Source: an uncultured virus (IMG/VR IMGVR_UViG_3300037963_002983) (taxonomy: Duplodnaviria > Heunggongvirae > Uroviricota > Caudoviricetes). From it: a stretch of DNA of 64,000 nt. The stretch lies in IMG/VR virus record IMGVR_UViG_3300037963_002983; one strand, 5' to 3'. Under the pieces are notes generated by a model that saw only the letters and a program-made list of their open reading frames with translations, did no database searches and was not told the DNA's origin. The translations under genes were made by a program, and so were the position numbers. Below are positions 20,228 through 30,114 of the stretch, in pieces (the first letter of the stretch is position 1; each line of letters starts with the position of its first letter).

Positions 20228-20788
20228 TCAAAATGGAATATTCTCTTTTTTACCTCTCCTTTTTTGTGGGGGTAAAATAACATCGGGAACATCATTAGAT
20301 GCTCTTGTTGCTTTATGAGTTGTGTCCGGTGGCAATCCACCAACGGAAAAATCTCTATTTTTTGTTGTTCTTCTAGTTTCATTAGCATTTTGTGTTCTAA
20401 CTTTTGCTAATTCTTTCTTTAGTCTTCTTTCTCTTTGTTTTAAATCTTCTTTCATAATAATACCTTTTTTAAGTTGTGATTTTTTTATTATCTTTGCTTC
20501 TTTTGCGGCGATTTCAATTAATTTATCTATGCCAATTGATTCTGCGGTTTCAATTAAACTTCTATTTTCTTTGGGTTTTTTATGTGCTTCTGTGACTTCT
20601 TTAATAAACTTAGGGTTTTCCTTAACTTTTTCTATTAGTTTTCTTTTACTTATCTCTAGTTCTACTTTTCGCCCCAACCTTCTACCATACATTTCTATTA
20701 AAGCACCAACTGCAAATGTTGCTAAACCACCCGCTAATTTAACCATATCGGGGTTGTCAAATATTTTTTCTATTTTATCTTCTGTCAT
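20228..20788 (-). CDS. Hypothetical protein
   Basis: 186 aa, coupled to the portal stop codon. Confidence 0.55.
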   Translation of the reverse strand: MTEDKIEKIFDNPDMVKLAGGLATFAVGALIEMYGRRLGRKVELEISKRKLIEKVKENPKFIKEVTEAHKKPKENRSLIETAESIGIDKLIEIAAKEAKIIKKSQLKKGIIMKEDLKQRERRLKKELAKVRTQNANETRRTTKNRDFSVGGLPPDTTHKATRASNDVPDVILPPQKRRGKKENIPF

Positions 20789-22431
20789 TAACCTGTCCTC
20801 CTCTCACTTCTTCTATCTACATTTTGATTTCCTGCATCTTCGGGTAATCCACTCATTCTTTTATCCGGCCCTCTACTCATAGAAGGTTTATTTCTAGTAG
20901 CGGGTGGATTTTCTTGTGGCTTACTACCGCCACTTTCTGCAAACATTCTTGTTTGTTCATCTAAGTCTCTTTGGTCTAAATTAGAACCTGCTAGTGGGTC
21001 TTTTTCTACGGGTTTTCCATCTTCTCCCATTTGTTGTTCCGGTTTTGGTTCGGGCTTCTTGTAGGTAAAATTACCATCTTCATCCATGTCTACTTCAAAA
21101 CCTAAGTTCTTTATTGAGGCTGCGATATTAACTTCAATCTCTTTCTTTCTTAATCCTGCAATCTCGTCTTCTTCTTCACTTGGAGGTAACTTTAACTTCC
21201 AATCTGTAATGCCAAATTGTCTAACAAGATAAGGAAATACATACTCATTGTAAACATTCTGTGCCATTTGAACGGCCCTATTGGTGACTAATATTTGCAT
21301 ACCTTCATTATTTAATCCACCACTTGTAGTATTATCAGCCATGAAGACTTTACTTACTCCATAGAATGCTGATATTCTATCTCTTAAATCATCTTTAACA
21401 GAAATATAATCCATTTCTTTTAGGCTATCCATGAACTTAATCCATTCAACTGCGCCTTTTCCACCTTCTGCTTCTATTCCCATTACCGGAATAAAATGAG
21501 GGTCTGCTTCCATCTTTTCTTTTACTCCTCTCCAAAAGGCTCTCATTGAATCCATGTTTCTAGTTTGAACTGCTAATAATCCTCTTGGCATTCTACTCTT
21601 AGTGTAGGCTGAATTGACATAGTTTTCCATAGCAATTAAAGTCATAATATGATTGTAAAGTGTAATTACAGGAGAAAAACCGTAGAGTCTTGAAGGACTA
21701 TACTTACTAAAATGTAATACTTCTCCTTCTAAGAAATATTGTTCATCTCCTTTTGCTCTATTTACATAATGAATTGGCATAAGAGGAGAACCGCATGTTT
21801 CGCAATTATCGTGTGGTTCTGTTGAAATAACATCTCTATGATGAACACAAGTAAATCCTTTGTTTCCTTTTACTCCGTCTTCATCAGCATAAATAAACAT
21901 AGTTACAGGGTCGCCTCGATATATTTCTTTAATACGGTGCATTCTAATTTTACCATTTCCGTCTAAGAAATATTCTTTTACCATTACAATGTAAGCATCA
22001 TCCATAATATTCAAATCATCTTCCAATTCTTTTAGAACATCAATAAACAATTGCTCGGAGGAATTTACATATCCTTCTAAAAACTTTTCAGCATACTGTA
22101 ACTGTTTTATATCGGGATTTCTTAAATCAGTAGAACCACACCTAGAACATTCTTGAACAGGTCTAGTATGTTCTTTTCCACAAGATTTACAAGAAGCCTC
22201 AAATGCTTTTTCCCAAGTATATCCTCTTCTGTAAACTTCTTGTTTAAGTTGAGTTATGCAAGTTCTAACTATAACTGATTGTTGAACCATAGAGTAGATG
22301 ATGGGAGCAGTCATCATATAGTTGTTTTGCCTTTCTTGAATACCCATATTGTAGATATTTCTATCGGCAGGTTTTGGTGTAGTGCGCCTAAAAAGATTTG
22401 TGAAAGAGAACCGCCTTCGTTTTTCTGCCAT
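20788..22431 (-). CDS. Portal protein with zinc-ribbon insertions
   Basis: EVLHF...LYGFSPV, MPRGLL, RISAFYGVS motifs; CKSC/CSRC and CVHH/CETC inserts. Confidence 0.85.
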   Translation of the reverse strand: MAEKRRRFSFTNLFRRTTPKPADRNIYNMGIQERQNNYMMTAPIIYSMVQQSVIVRTCITQLKQEVYRRGYTWEKAFEASCKSCGKEHTRPVQECSRCGSTDLRNPDIKQLQYAEKFLEGYVNSSEQLFIDVLKELEDDLNIMDDAYIVMVKEYFLDGNGKIRMHRIKEIYRGDPVTMFIYADEDGVKGNKGFTCVHHRDVISTEPHDNCETCGSPLMPIHYVNRAKGDEQYFLEGEVLHFSKYSPSRLYGFSPVITLYNHIMTLIAMENYVNSAYTKSRMPRGLLAVQTRNMDSMRAFWRGVKEKMEADPHFIPVMGIEAEGGKGAVEWIKFMDSLKEMDYISVKDDLRDRISAFYGVSKVFMADNTTSGGLNNEGMQILVTNRAVQMAQNVYNEYVFPYLVRQFGITDWKLKLPPSEEEDEIAGLRKKEIEVNIAASIKNLGFEVDMDEDGNFTYKKPEPKPEQQMGEDGKPVEKDPLAGSNLDQRDLDEQTRMFAESGGSKPQENPPATRNKPSMSRGPDKRMSGLPEDAGNQNVDRRSERRTG

Positions 22432-22468
22432 GACAACTACCCCCGTTTCCTTTGCAGTATTCTATCTA

Positions 22469-22684
22469 TTATAGAATCTTCGCAAATGTTTTCCTCAATA
22501 CACTTCTCCAAGTTCCCTTTCTGTATGGTTTTCTTTCATACTCGCTAGGGTCTTTATTGGCGTATAATGCCTTCATGTACTTTTTTGCTTTTGACTTTGA
22601 CATACCATATTTATTTTTTCTTTTTTTAGTATCTGTATTGACTACATAGTAGCCATCTTCTCCAACTCTCAAATCGTAAGGCAT
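22469..22684 (-). CDS. Small basic protein with a C-terminal W tag
   Basis: AKKYMKALYAN phage-type motif; ends TWRSVLRKTFAKIL. Confidence 0.55.
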   Translation of the reverse strand: MPYDLRVGEDGYYVVNTDTKKRKNKYGMSKSKAKKYMKALYANKDPSEYERKPYRKGTWRSVLRKTFAKIL

Positions 22685-22685
22685 A

Positions 22686-23231
22686 CTACCACTTTACTTT
22701 ATTAGCCCAATACGCTGCGCTAGTTCTACCTCTTTTGATATTTTTTCTATGACGACTCTTGAATGATTTTCTTTTTGCCTTCATTCTTTTGCTTTCACCT
22801 TTTTTTGGTTTACCTGCTACACTTGCTCCTTGTTCTCCGAAGCGAATAGTCTTGACTTTATCTCCGTCTTTAACAACTACAACATGTGATTTCTTAGGGT
22901 GTTTAGGAGTTCTCTTAGGTTTTCCAAAGCCACTAACACCGGCTCTCTTTAAAGCAGGGTGTTTCTTTCTTTTAACTATATCAAACCAATGTGCCTTCTG
23001 CATTACTGTTCCTGTGCTTCTCATAGGAGGAAGGGCGGAAATCCCTCTTGAAGCAATTGCTCTTTTTGCTCGGTTAAGGTCTTCTTGAGTTATGGGTCTA
23101 TTATTGAATTTATAAATTGTTTTAATTTCTTGCTTAAGTCTTTTTCCGTATTGTTGTAGGGCTTGGTTATACGCAAATTTGACATTATCATCTTGAAATT
23201 TAATACCAAACTTTTCAATATCTTGCGTCAT
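22686..23231 (-). CDS. Basic protein with internal W tag and a marine-phage-type C-terminal domain
   Basis: HWFDIVK followed by KTIRFG...SFKSRH...SAAYWANKVKW (DUF5754-like, from memory). Confidence 0.6.
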   Translation of the reverse strand: MTQDIEKFGIKFQDDNVKFAYNQALQQYGKRLKQEIKTIYKFNNRPITQEDLNRAKRAIASRGISALPPMRSTGTVMQKAHWFDIVKRKKHPALKRAGVSGFGKPKRTPKHPKKSHVVVVKDGDKVKTIRFGEQGASVAGKPKKGESKRMKAKRKSFKSRHRKNIKRGRTSAAYWANKVKW

Positions 23232-23629
23232 TGTTTACCCCTCATTTGATTTTCTTTAGATGTTTTATCATCATCAATCGGGCCACCTTTAGCCCAAGTA
23301 TAGCAAGTTCTTGCTGAATGACATTTAAAATCGTGCATCCAACAGTAACCTAAACGCCCATCTTCATCAGTAGTTAATGGCATGCAATCATCCATTCTAG
23401 GTGATATATCGAATGCAATACAATTACTACAATTAGATTTCTTTGCTACTTCGGGAGTAGTCTTCCATCTTTTAGCATACTCTTCCCAATACTTTTTATC
23501 ATTAAGATTAAGTGGCCCATATCTAATATTAGGGTTTTTAACTGCGTTATCTCTATTCTTGGTATTAACCATTAGGTCTTGTGTAGCCAAAGGACACGCA
23601 AGTTGCTTAAGAATAATATGCCAAGTCAT
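23228..23629 (-). CDS. W-tagged Cys-rich metal-binding protein
   Basis: MTWHIILK; CSNC...GYCWMHDFKC...RTC. Confidence 0.6.
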   Translation of the reverse strand: MTWHIILKQLACPLATQDLMVNTKNRDNAVKNPNIRYGPLNLNDKKYWEEYAKRWKTTPEVAKKSNCSNCIAFDISPRMDDCMPLTTDEDGRLGYCWMHDFKCHSARTCYTWAKGGPIDDDKTSKENQMRGKQ

Positions 23630-23633
23630 AGTA

Positions 23634-23990
23634 TCATCTCGGTCTATGGGTGTAAATGTCTCCATCTTTGTGCATGAATATAACTTTCTTTCTTTTCATA
23701 GCATTAAGAACTCTCTTTAATTCTTTAGGAGGACATATTGCTTTTAGATTTTTCATACCTAATGCTCCTCCTTCTTTTTTAATTTCAGCAAGTATTTCTT
23801 TTTCTATTTGAGCATCAGTTTTCATGGCTTTCTTTTCATCTCTAAGCATAGCAAAATCTTTTCCTGTTATTTTACCATCTTTATCCTTATCAATTCTTTT
23901 TTGGTTTCCATAAAGCATTTTTTCATCTTCTTTATGAGTTCCACAATGGGCTTTTTCTTCTTCTGTTTTTAATATATCTTTCCAATTCAT
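23634..23990 (-). CDS. W-tagged EF-hand-like protein
   Basis: MNWKDILK; DKDKDGKITGKDF. Confidence 0.6.
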   Translation of the reverse strand: MNWKDILKTEEEKAHCGTHKEDEKMLYGNQKRIDKDKDGKITGKDFAMLRDEKKAMKTDAQIEKEILAEIKKEGGALGMKNLKAICPPKELKRVLNAMKRKKVIFMHKDGDIYTHRPR

Positions 23991-24337
23991 CTTGTAAATC
24001 CCCTTCCCCTACTTTTTGTTTTTTGCTTACTCGCTTGCTTTCTTTGTTTAGCGTAAGTATGTGCCGTTTTTAGCCTTTTCTTTGTTTTAGGGTCTTTAGC
24101 ATTTTTAACGGCGGCTCTTAATCTTTGTTCCACTAAGTTAATTATTTGTGATTGTCTTTTATGAGATTTAGATTTAAACGCACTACTGCTAAATGTTTCT
24201 TTAACATCTTTAACGGTTCTAAATTTTACAGGAACAGTATCTTTTGGATTTTCATCTGTATATAATCTTCTTGCTGAACCTTTAGGTTTTTTACCCGTTC
24301 CTTTTTTCGGGTCAGCCTTCAAGATATTTTGCCACAT
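23987..24337 (-). CDS. W-tagged basic protein
   Basis: MWQNILKA; GTGKKPKGSARRLYTDENP. Confidence 0.6.
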   Translation of the reverse strand: MWQNILKADPKKGTGKKPKGSARRLYTDENPKDTVPVKFRTVKDVKETFSSSAFKSKSHKRQSQIINLVEQRLRAAVKNAKDPKTKKRLKTAHTYAKQRKQASKQKTKSRGRGFTR

Positions 24338-24342
24338 TGTAA

Positions 24343-24627
24343 TCACTTTTGACTAAACTTCTTTCCTGTCGGCACATGTTGAACGCCTTTTTTACGGCCT
24401 TTTCTTTTCTTAGCGTCTTGATACCTTAGTGTTTTTTTATCTGTTCTTTGATAGGTCGCTCTAGGCATATATCTTCCTTTAGTTTTTGATTTAGGTTTCT
24501 TTCCTTTTGCTTTCGCTCTATGTTGTTCGGCACTTCCCCAATCTTCCTGTGTCCATTGGGTCAAATCCTGTTGCCTTTTTGACTTGGCTTTTAGGATATT
24601 CCACCATTTAATTACGATAACCGCCAC
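24343..24627 (-). CDS. W-tagged basic protein (DUF5872-like second half)
   Basis: KWWNILKA; LTQWTQEDW...RYMP; start uncertain, possibly ATT at 24612. Confidence 0.5.
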   Translation of the reverse strand: MAVIVIKWWNILKAKSKRQQDLTQWTQEDWGSAEQHRAKAKGKKPKSKTKGRYMPRATYQRTDKKTLRYQDAKKRKGRKKGVQHVPTGKKFSQK

Positions 24628-24814
24628 CTGCCCGTTTGTAGGCTTGGGCTAACATCTGTGCTTTTCTAGCCGACCATTGACCTTTAGCCCCGCCTTTATT
24701 TCCTCTTTTTATTCTATTGAAGATTTTTCTACGCATAGTAGGTTGAGTATAATTACCTGCTTGATTTACAGTAGATTTTTTCTTTTTCTTTTTCAATACT
24801 TCTTCCCATTTCAT
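24608..24814 (-). CDS. W-tagged basic protein (DUF5872-like first half)
   Basis: MKWEEVLK; GQWSARKAQMLAQAYKRAGGGY. Confidence 0.6.
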   Translation of the reverse strand: MKWEEVLKKKKKKSTVNQAGNYTQPTMRRKIFNRIKRGNKGGAKGQWSARKAQMLAQAYKRAGGGYRN

Positions 24815-24820
24815 AATTCA

Positions 24821-25075
24821 TCACTCTCTAATATGTCTAGGTAATTCTTTTCTCATCCTATCTAATTCTTTTTCTGTTTCATTTATTATGTCTTTTTGAA
24901 TATTTTTAATAAGTTCTCTTGCCTGTTCTAACGGAAAGCCTGTTTCTTTATTCATTTTGATGGCTTGTTCCTCAATATCATCATATAAGTTATCTAGTAA
25001 TTTTTCTAGTCTTTCTATAAGATTTAACATTTCACCATAAGATTGTTCATCTTTTAAAATAGATTTCCACTTCAT
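24821..25075 (-). CDS. W-tagged coiled-coil protein
   Basis: MKWKSILK. Confidence 0.55.
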   Translation of the reverse strand: MKWKSILKDEQSYGEMLNLIERLEKLLDNLYDDIEEQAIKMNKETGFPLEQARELIKNIQKDIINETEKELDRMRKELPRHIRE

Positions 25076-25215
25076 TTCTTATCCCTCGCTTTTTCCCAAC
25101 AACTATCACAATACCCATAGGGGTGAACTTCTTTTGCAGTATAGCATCTTCCACAATATCTAATTTCTAATTTTCTTTTTTCAACTATCCATTCTTCTAT
25201 TTCTTGTTTATTCAT
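25072..25215 (-). CDS. 47 aa zinc-finger protein (not in the ORF track)
   Basis: MNKQEIEEW...YCGRCY...YCDSCW; ATGA overlaps at both ends. Confidence 0.55.
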   Translation of the reverse strand: MNKQEIEEWIVEKRKLEIRYCGRCYTAKEVHPYGYCDSCWEKARDKK

Positions 25216-26567
25216 ACTAGTATTCCCCCTATATTTTCCATACTATCCATTAAAGACATTTTGCAGTTATCTTTGTATTTCTGTATGTTGTCAAGATATA
25301 TTCCTTCTTTTAACCAATCGAAGCCTACATGGTCTTTGTGATTCTCCCACTTCATTAACTTAAATATCTCATCACATCTTCCTTTATACCAATCCTCTTT
25401 CTTGTATGATTTCTTCATTCGTATAAGTTCCATAAGTAATTTAGCATTACCTTTCTTCAGTCTAAAGTGCGGTAGGCACTTTTCTAATAGGCCGTAAACA
25501 TCATCTTGAGAATAAAAATTTAATCTTTGAACAGGTCTAGTTTGTTGTGGAGATTTTTGATTTAGATGTAATTTGCCAAAGCCTATACTTTTGTGCATCT
25601 CTTCCATAAATGCCCTTCCTCTTTCTCCCGTAGCAATTAACCCTACTCTTGGATTGTGGTTTCTATCCATTGTAATATATCCATCGGAGTCTATGAACGC
25701 TGCCGTATAAGCCCAAATATTTTTCTTGAGCATTGTTGGTAATTTGTAATATGAACCATTAACATTAGCAACATCAAGTTTCTTTACCATTTTAGAAATC
25801 ATATTTGTTGTAGTGCTTTTGTGTAGATTGTTCGGCATTCTATCATGTATTTGTTTAGCACCGATAGAAGGACTCTTAATAATTTCACTTTCAATAAAAG
25901 ACATAATCCTTTCTTTTTTGCTTTTAGTTATGGATTGGTCGGTAATATTTTTTATTTGTTTCTTATAATCTCTTTTAGCAAGACGACATTCTTTTTCAAT
26001 TTGAGCATATTCTTTTGAGTATGCCATACCATCTTTCTTTAAATCCCCTTCCCAATACTTACAGATAGAGTCAATAATATCTCTTCTACCATTAACGCTA
26101 TCAATTTTATTTATTTTTCTTAAGTCTTTTTCATTAAAACCCATTTTTAATACTGCGGGTTTATAGGGTCTTAACCAATAAATAGAATCTATGCACTTAT
26201 TGATATGGTCGGAGTAGCCATCAATAATAGTATCAATTGCCTTAGCCATTTTAATTCTTTGCTCTCCTTTTAGTTTTCTTCTAGCCTTTCTCATCTTTTT
26301 AACTAAATCGGGAATGTTTTCTCCATCTATTGAATAATCGTTGGGAAAAGAACTTAGTTGTTTTCTAGCATCACTCGCATTAATGTTTAAATTCTTAGAA
26401 AGTAAATTTACTGCTTCGTAATCAGACATAATATAATCATCAACAGAAGCCAATTTAGTTCCTAATGCTTCCTCAATCTCGTCTTTAGTTTCATCTTGTT
26501 CTTCCTGCAATTCTGCAAGGCGATTCATTTGTTGCGAGCCTTCTCTATATTCTTCGGCAGTTGGCAT
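25212..26567 (-). CDS. LAGLIDADG endonuclease-domain protein with long N-terminal extension
   Basis: WAYTAAFIDSDGYI, IGFGKL, LPHFRLKK. Confidence 0.75.
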   Translation of the reverse strand: MPTAEEYREGSQQMNRLAELQEEQDETKDEIEEALGTKLASVDDYIMSDYEAVNLLSKNLNINASDARKQLSSFPNDYSIDGENIPDLVKKMRKARRKLKGEQRIKMAKAIDTIIDGYSDHINKCIDSIYWLRPYKPAVLKMGFNEKDLRKINKIDSVNGRRDIIDSICKYWEGDLKKDGMAYSKEYAQIEKECRLAKRDYKKQIKNITDQSITKSKKERIMSFIESEIIKSPSIGAKQIHDRMPNNLHKSTTTNMISKMVKKLDVANVNGSYYKLPTMLKKNIWAYTAAFIDSDGYITMDRNHNPRVGLIATGERGRAFMEEMHKSIGFGKLHLNQKSPQQTRPVQRLNFYSQDDVYGLLEKCLPHFRLKKGNAKLLMELIRMKKSYKKEDWYKGRCDEIFKLMKWENHKDHVGFDWLKEGIYLDNIQKYKDNCKMSLMDSMENIGGILV

Positions 26568-26578
26568 TTTACATCACC

Positions 26579-28009
26579 TTAAAAATTAATTCCCATGACT
26601 CCTTGAGAGCGTTTATACTTATTGACCTTTGGCGGGTCAAATATCCCCATGTCGTCTAAGAGTATGAATGTTTCACTCATTGTATGAGTGGCAGCGTTTG
26701 CTAATGCTAAACTCATAACCATGTCGTCATGCGCTCCTATTCCCTCAAACTTTCCTTTGTCTGTTATAGCAAACATAGATAGTTCTTCTATAAGAGTAGA
26801 AGTTACTCGACGACTTTCTTCATTAGCATAAGGTAAAATTATCTTTCCATTTTCAAAATTCATTTGTAGACTTAGGATAATCTCCTCTTTCTTTTTTCTA
26901 GTTGTATTAAAGTCATGCACATTTAAGTCTGTAACATTTCTAATCTCTTGTGTAAATGATTTAGCAAATGTATTTGTTTCAAATAATATCGCTTCGGGCT
27001 GAAATACTTTACCAATTAACTTTACTTTCTGTATGTTTTCTCTAAATTCTACATTCTTAGAACGGTCAATAAATACGATAGTTTTGTTATCGTTTTCATC
27101 TACCTCTAATACAGTGATTACATTGTAGTCACCATCAGTAGAAATAGCAGGGTCAATACCAACATAATATTTGTAGCCCTCTCTACGCATAGGTTTCAAA
27201 ACATGGTCTTTACTCTTAGCCGCTTCTAAATATTCGGGATTAAACAAAGAAGTTCCCGTTGATATAGGAACGCACATATATTCTCTTGTAAACATTAGTG
27301 AACCTACTTCCGCCTTTCTTGCCATAAGAGCATCATAATCCCACCTGTTAGGCCATAGTGGTTCATTGAGAGCATTAAGACAAGGATATGTTCTAAGAGT
27401 ATATGCGGGGTTTTCAGCAAGTTGTTGGTATATATCTGTATAACTAAATGGAGTTCCAATAACTCTTAGAGAAGCGGTGTGGTGAAGTGTTGGTATCATG
27501 TCACCATAAAACCAATCAGTGACTTTTTGAATACCAGTCATACTAAACTCTTTCAAAGGGTCGTCAATAATAATCTCTTGAGGGTGAAGACCTCTAATCT
27601 GTGAACCAACAGAACGCTCCAAAATTTGATTACCGTTGGTAAGTGTAATATTTCCAATAGCCCAACCCTTAGCAGGTTTAAATTTCTTAAGCATGGGGTG
27701 ATTGAATAACTTGTCAATATCTCTCATGTGAACTAATGTCTGTTTTTGGTTAGAAGAAATGTATAGCATTTGATATGGAGGCTCTCTAAAAACTAAATTC
27801 CATACAACCCAACTGTGCATAAATACTGATTTACCGTGACCTCTTGAACAAATAATAACAGTTCTTTGGGTATCATTCATTAAATCATACCATTCCTTTT
27901 GGTGGTTAGCAAACTCCCAACCTAAAACATTTTGAAAGAAATATGGGAATGAGTTTTTAGATAACTCCATATCCATTTGATGTTCAAAATTAAAATCGTC
28001 AAGGTTCAT
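26579..28009 (-). CDS. terL: Terminase large subunit
   Basis: Walker A SRGHGKS, Walker B IIIDD, IGTP coupling motif, nuclease GIDPA...HDDMVMS. Confidence 0.92.
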   Translation of the reverse strand: MNLDDFNFEHQMDMELSKNSFPYFFQNVLGWEFANHQKEWYDLMNDTQRTVIICSRGHGKSVFMHSWVVWNLVFREPPYQMLYISSNQKQTLVHMRDIDKLFNHPMLKKFKPAKGWAIGNITLTNGNQILERSVGSQIRGLHPQEIIIDDPLKEFSMTGIQKVTDWFYGDMIPTLHHTASLRVIGTPFSYTDIYQQLAENPAYTLRTYPCLNALNEPLWPNRWDYDALMARKAEVGSLMFTREYMCVPISTGTSLFNPEYLEAAKSKDHVLKPMRREGYKYYVGIDPAISTDGDYNVITVLEVDENDNKTIVFIDRSKNVEFRENIQKVKLIGKVFQPEAILFETNTFAKSFTQEIRNVTDLNVHDFNTTRKKKEEIILSLQMNFENGKIILPYANEESRRVTSTLIEELSMFAITDKGKFEGIGAHDDMVMSLALANAATHTMSETFILLDDMGIFDPPKVNKYKRSQGVMGINF

Positions 28010-28317
28010 TTTGCCGCCTCTTTTATTTTAGCCAATGCCCTCTTTAGTTTCATATCTTGTGTTTTATTATCTAAAGCAGTTGCCGCTTCTTGTATGCGTT
28101 GATTACTATAATAGAAAAAAAGAACATCTCTTTGTATTTTCTTTGGGGTCAGTTTACTATTAATTATCTTTAATATTAAATTTTTAAAAAGTTTTTCAAA
28201 GGATTCTGCCGCTTGTTCATGTTTATCTTTTATATTAAATAAAGATAATTTTGGTGATTTATATTGAGAGGCTTCTCCATAACGCCAATCAAATTTTTTA
28301 ACTTCATCAAACCACAT
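28006..28317 (-). CDS. W-tagged hypothetical protein
   Basis: MWFDEVKK. Confidence 0.55.
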   Translation of the reverse strand: MWFDEVKKFDWRYGEASQYKSPKLSLFNIKDKHEQAAESFEKLFKNLILKIINSKLTPKKIQRDVLFFYYSNQRIQEAATALDNKTQDMKLKRALAKIKEAAK

Positions 28318-28320
28318 TAA

Positions 28321-28965
28321 TTACCGCCTCCTTCTATTTTTTTGTCTATTTTTATTTTTTCTTCTTGTAGGGGGAGGCGAAAGCGTAAATCCTCTTGGTT
28401 TTTCTTTTGGCTTTGGTTTCTCTTTTGGTTCTTCCTTTTCTGGTTCTTTTTCAAGAATAGCCTGTCCTTTAGGGTGATTAGGTTTAATACCTTTATAAAA
28501 ACAATCTACTTTTTTTCTTCCTGTGTATTCTCTTTTTAATTGAGATAAAGTACGCGAATCAAAATAATTTGTAAAAACAATTAATTTCGTTATCAATTCT
28601 TGGTTTTGATTTCTCATATTACGATTAAATTTTTTTGTTGTTCCTGCTATTCTTCTTTCTTTTGTAGTATAAATATCTACTAAAATAACTTCATAATTAT
28701 TTACATCTTCTTTTCTATAAAACCAATATCTTCCTTGAGCGAGGTCTTTGACGCAATCAACCCATTTTTCAATTTCATCAGTATTTCTATTAGAAGTTCC
28801 ATGATTTCCATGAACTCCTTTTAAATAATGACCCCTTACGATAACTCTAACTGTTCCATAATCATATGCCTTTGGTGGATAATCAACATGGGACATATCA
28901 TGTTCGGGCATCGCATAATCAAAATAATGGCTTGGAGGCATGACCTTTAGAATATCAAACCACAT
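28321..28965 (-). CDS. W-tagged hypothetical protein
   Basis: MWFDILKV; basic tail. Confidence 0.55.
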   Translation of the reverse strand: MWFDILKVMPPSHYFDYAMPEHDMSHVDYPPKAYDYGTVRVIVRGHYLKGVHGNHGTSNRNTDEIEKWVDCVKDLAQGRYWFYRKEDVNNYEVILVDIYTTKERRIAGTTKKFNRNMRNQNQELITKLIVFTNYFDSRTLSQLKREYTGRKKVDCFYKGIKPNHPKGQAILEKEPEKEEPKEKPKPKEKPRGFTLSPPPTRRKNKNRQKNRRRR

Positions 28966-28974
28966 TAACTCCAC

Positions 28975-29283
28975 CTACTGATATAGTTCTCCCTTTTTTC
29001 TTTGAATAATCTTATCTAATTCTTCTTTGAGTTCCTTTCCATTTTTATATTTAGTTTCTATTATCTCAACAATTTTCCTAAATAGTTTCATAATGTCTTT
29101 ATGTTCAGCACCTTTTCCTTTGTAAGCAATCATTTGAATTATATCTGTTATAGCAAACCAATTCCTTCCTGTTCCTCTATCTAATTTACCTTGCATTTCA
29201 TATATTGAATTTATAAAAACTTGAATCCACTCTTCCATTTCATTAAGAGGAGTAAAGTCATTTTTTATAATATCAAACCACAT
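28975..29283 (-). CDS. W-tagged hypothetical protein
   Basis: MWFDIIKN. Confidence 0.55.
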   Translation of the reverse strand: MWFDIIKNDFTPLNEMEEWIQVFINSIYEMQGKLDRGTGRNWFAITDIIQMIAYKGKGAEHKDIMKLFRKIVEIIETKYKNGKELKEELDKIIQRKKGELYQ

Positions 29284-30110
29284 TAACGCCTATCCTCCAA
29301 CTCATATCTTTCATTACTGCTTCTAGCCATTTCATCAGCAATACCTTTTAGATATTGATTTCTTTTTTCGGGATTCTTTACACCCCTTTTCAAATAACCA
29401 TTTACCATTCTTCTATTGATAGAGTCTAAGTTAGAGTACCTAACATATTTTTTTCTATCTTTAGGAAATTTATCTTCCTTGATACCAATAATCAACTGTT
29501 TCCATTTATAATTACTCATAGGTTTTTCGCCCTTCGCTATACCGCTTGGCGAGAAAAAGCCATTTATAATAGTTGGTTCTTTAACTACTCCCCACCATTC
29601 ACTTTCAAGAACTAAGAATTTTTGCACTTGGTCGTTATAATTAGTTCCTTCAAGTTCCTCTTGTATTTCTTTAGGAAGGGATTCTACTTTCATATCCTTA
29701 AACCCTGCATTTCTATAAAGTTCGGCTGCTCTTGGATTTGTTAAATTAATATACAATGTCTTGCTTCCTTTTTCCTTAAGTAGTTTATCTAACAATATAT
29801 CTGCAAGTCCTTCATACCCGTCGCTTTTTCTATATCCTTTTCTAATGTGTATTCCTGCACCCAATAGTGCCTTCTTATATGTAGAAAAACCAATTACTGC
29901 AATAGGTTTATTTTTGTAATATGCCATAAACATAGTAGCAGGGCTAGTTGCCCAAATAGAATCTTTGGATAGATTACGCCCATATCTAATACTTCTTTTT
30001 TGAAACTCGGTATAGCCATCATCAAGAAACTTTTTACTAGCCTCATCCTCGCTCATTTTTTCAAATGTAATGTCTTTAGCCTCAAGTTTAGTAGGCGTAT
30101 TTTCTGCCAT
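29283..30110 (-). CDS. GNAT acetyltransferase, internal W tag, then an extra domain
   Basis: IHIRKGYRK...GLADILL, NPRAAELYRNAGF; EWWGVVK. Confidence 0.7.
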   Translation of the reverse strand: MAENTPTKLEAKDITFEKMSEDEASKKFLDDGYTEFQKRSIRYGRNLSKDSIWATSPATMFMAYYKNKPIAVIGFSTYKKALLGAGIHIRKGYRKSDGYEGLADILLDKLLKEKGSKTLYINLTNPRAAELYRNAGFKDMKVESLPKEIQEELEGTNYNDQVQKFLVLESEWWGVVKEPTIINGFFSPSGIAKGEKPMSNYKWKQLIIGIKEDKFPKDRKKYVRYSNLDSINRRMVNGYLKRGVKNPEKRNQYLKGIADEMARSSNERYELEDRR

Positions 30111-30114
30111 GTTA

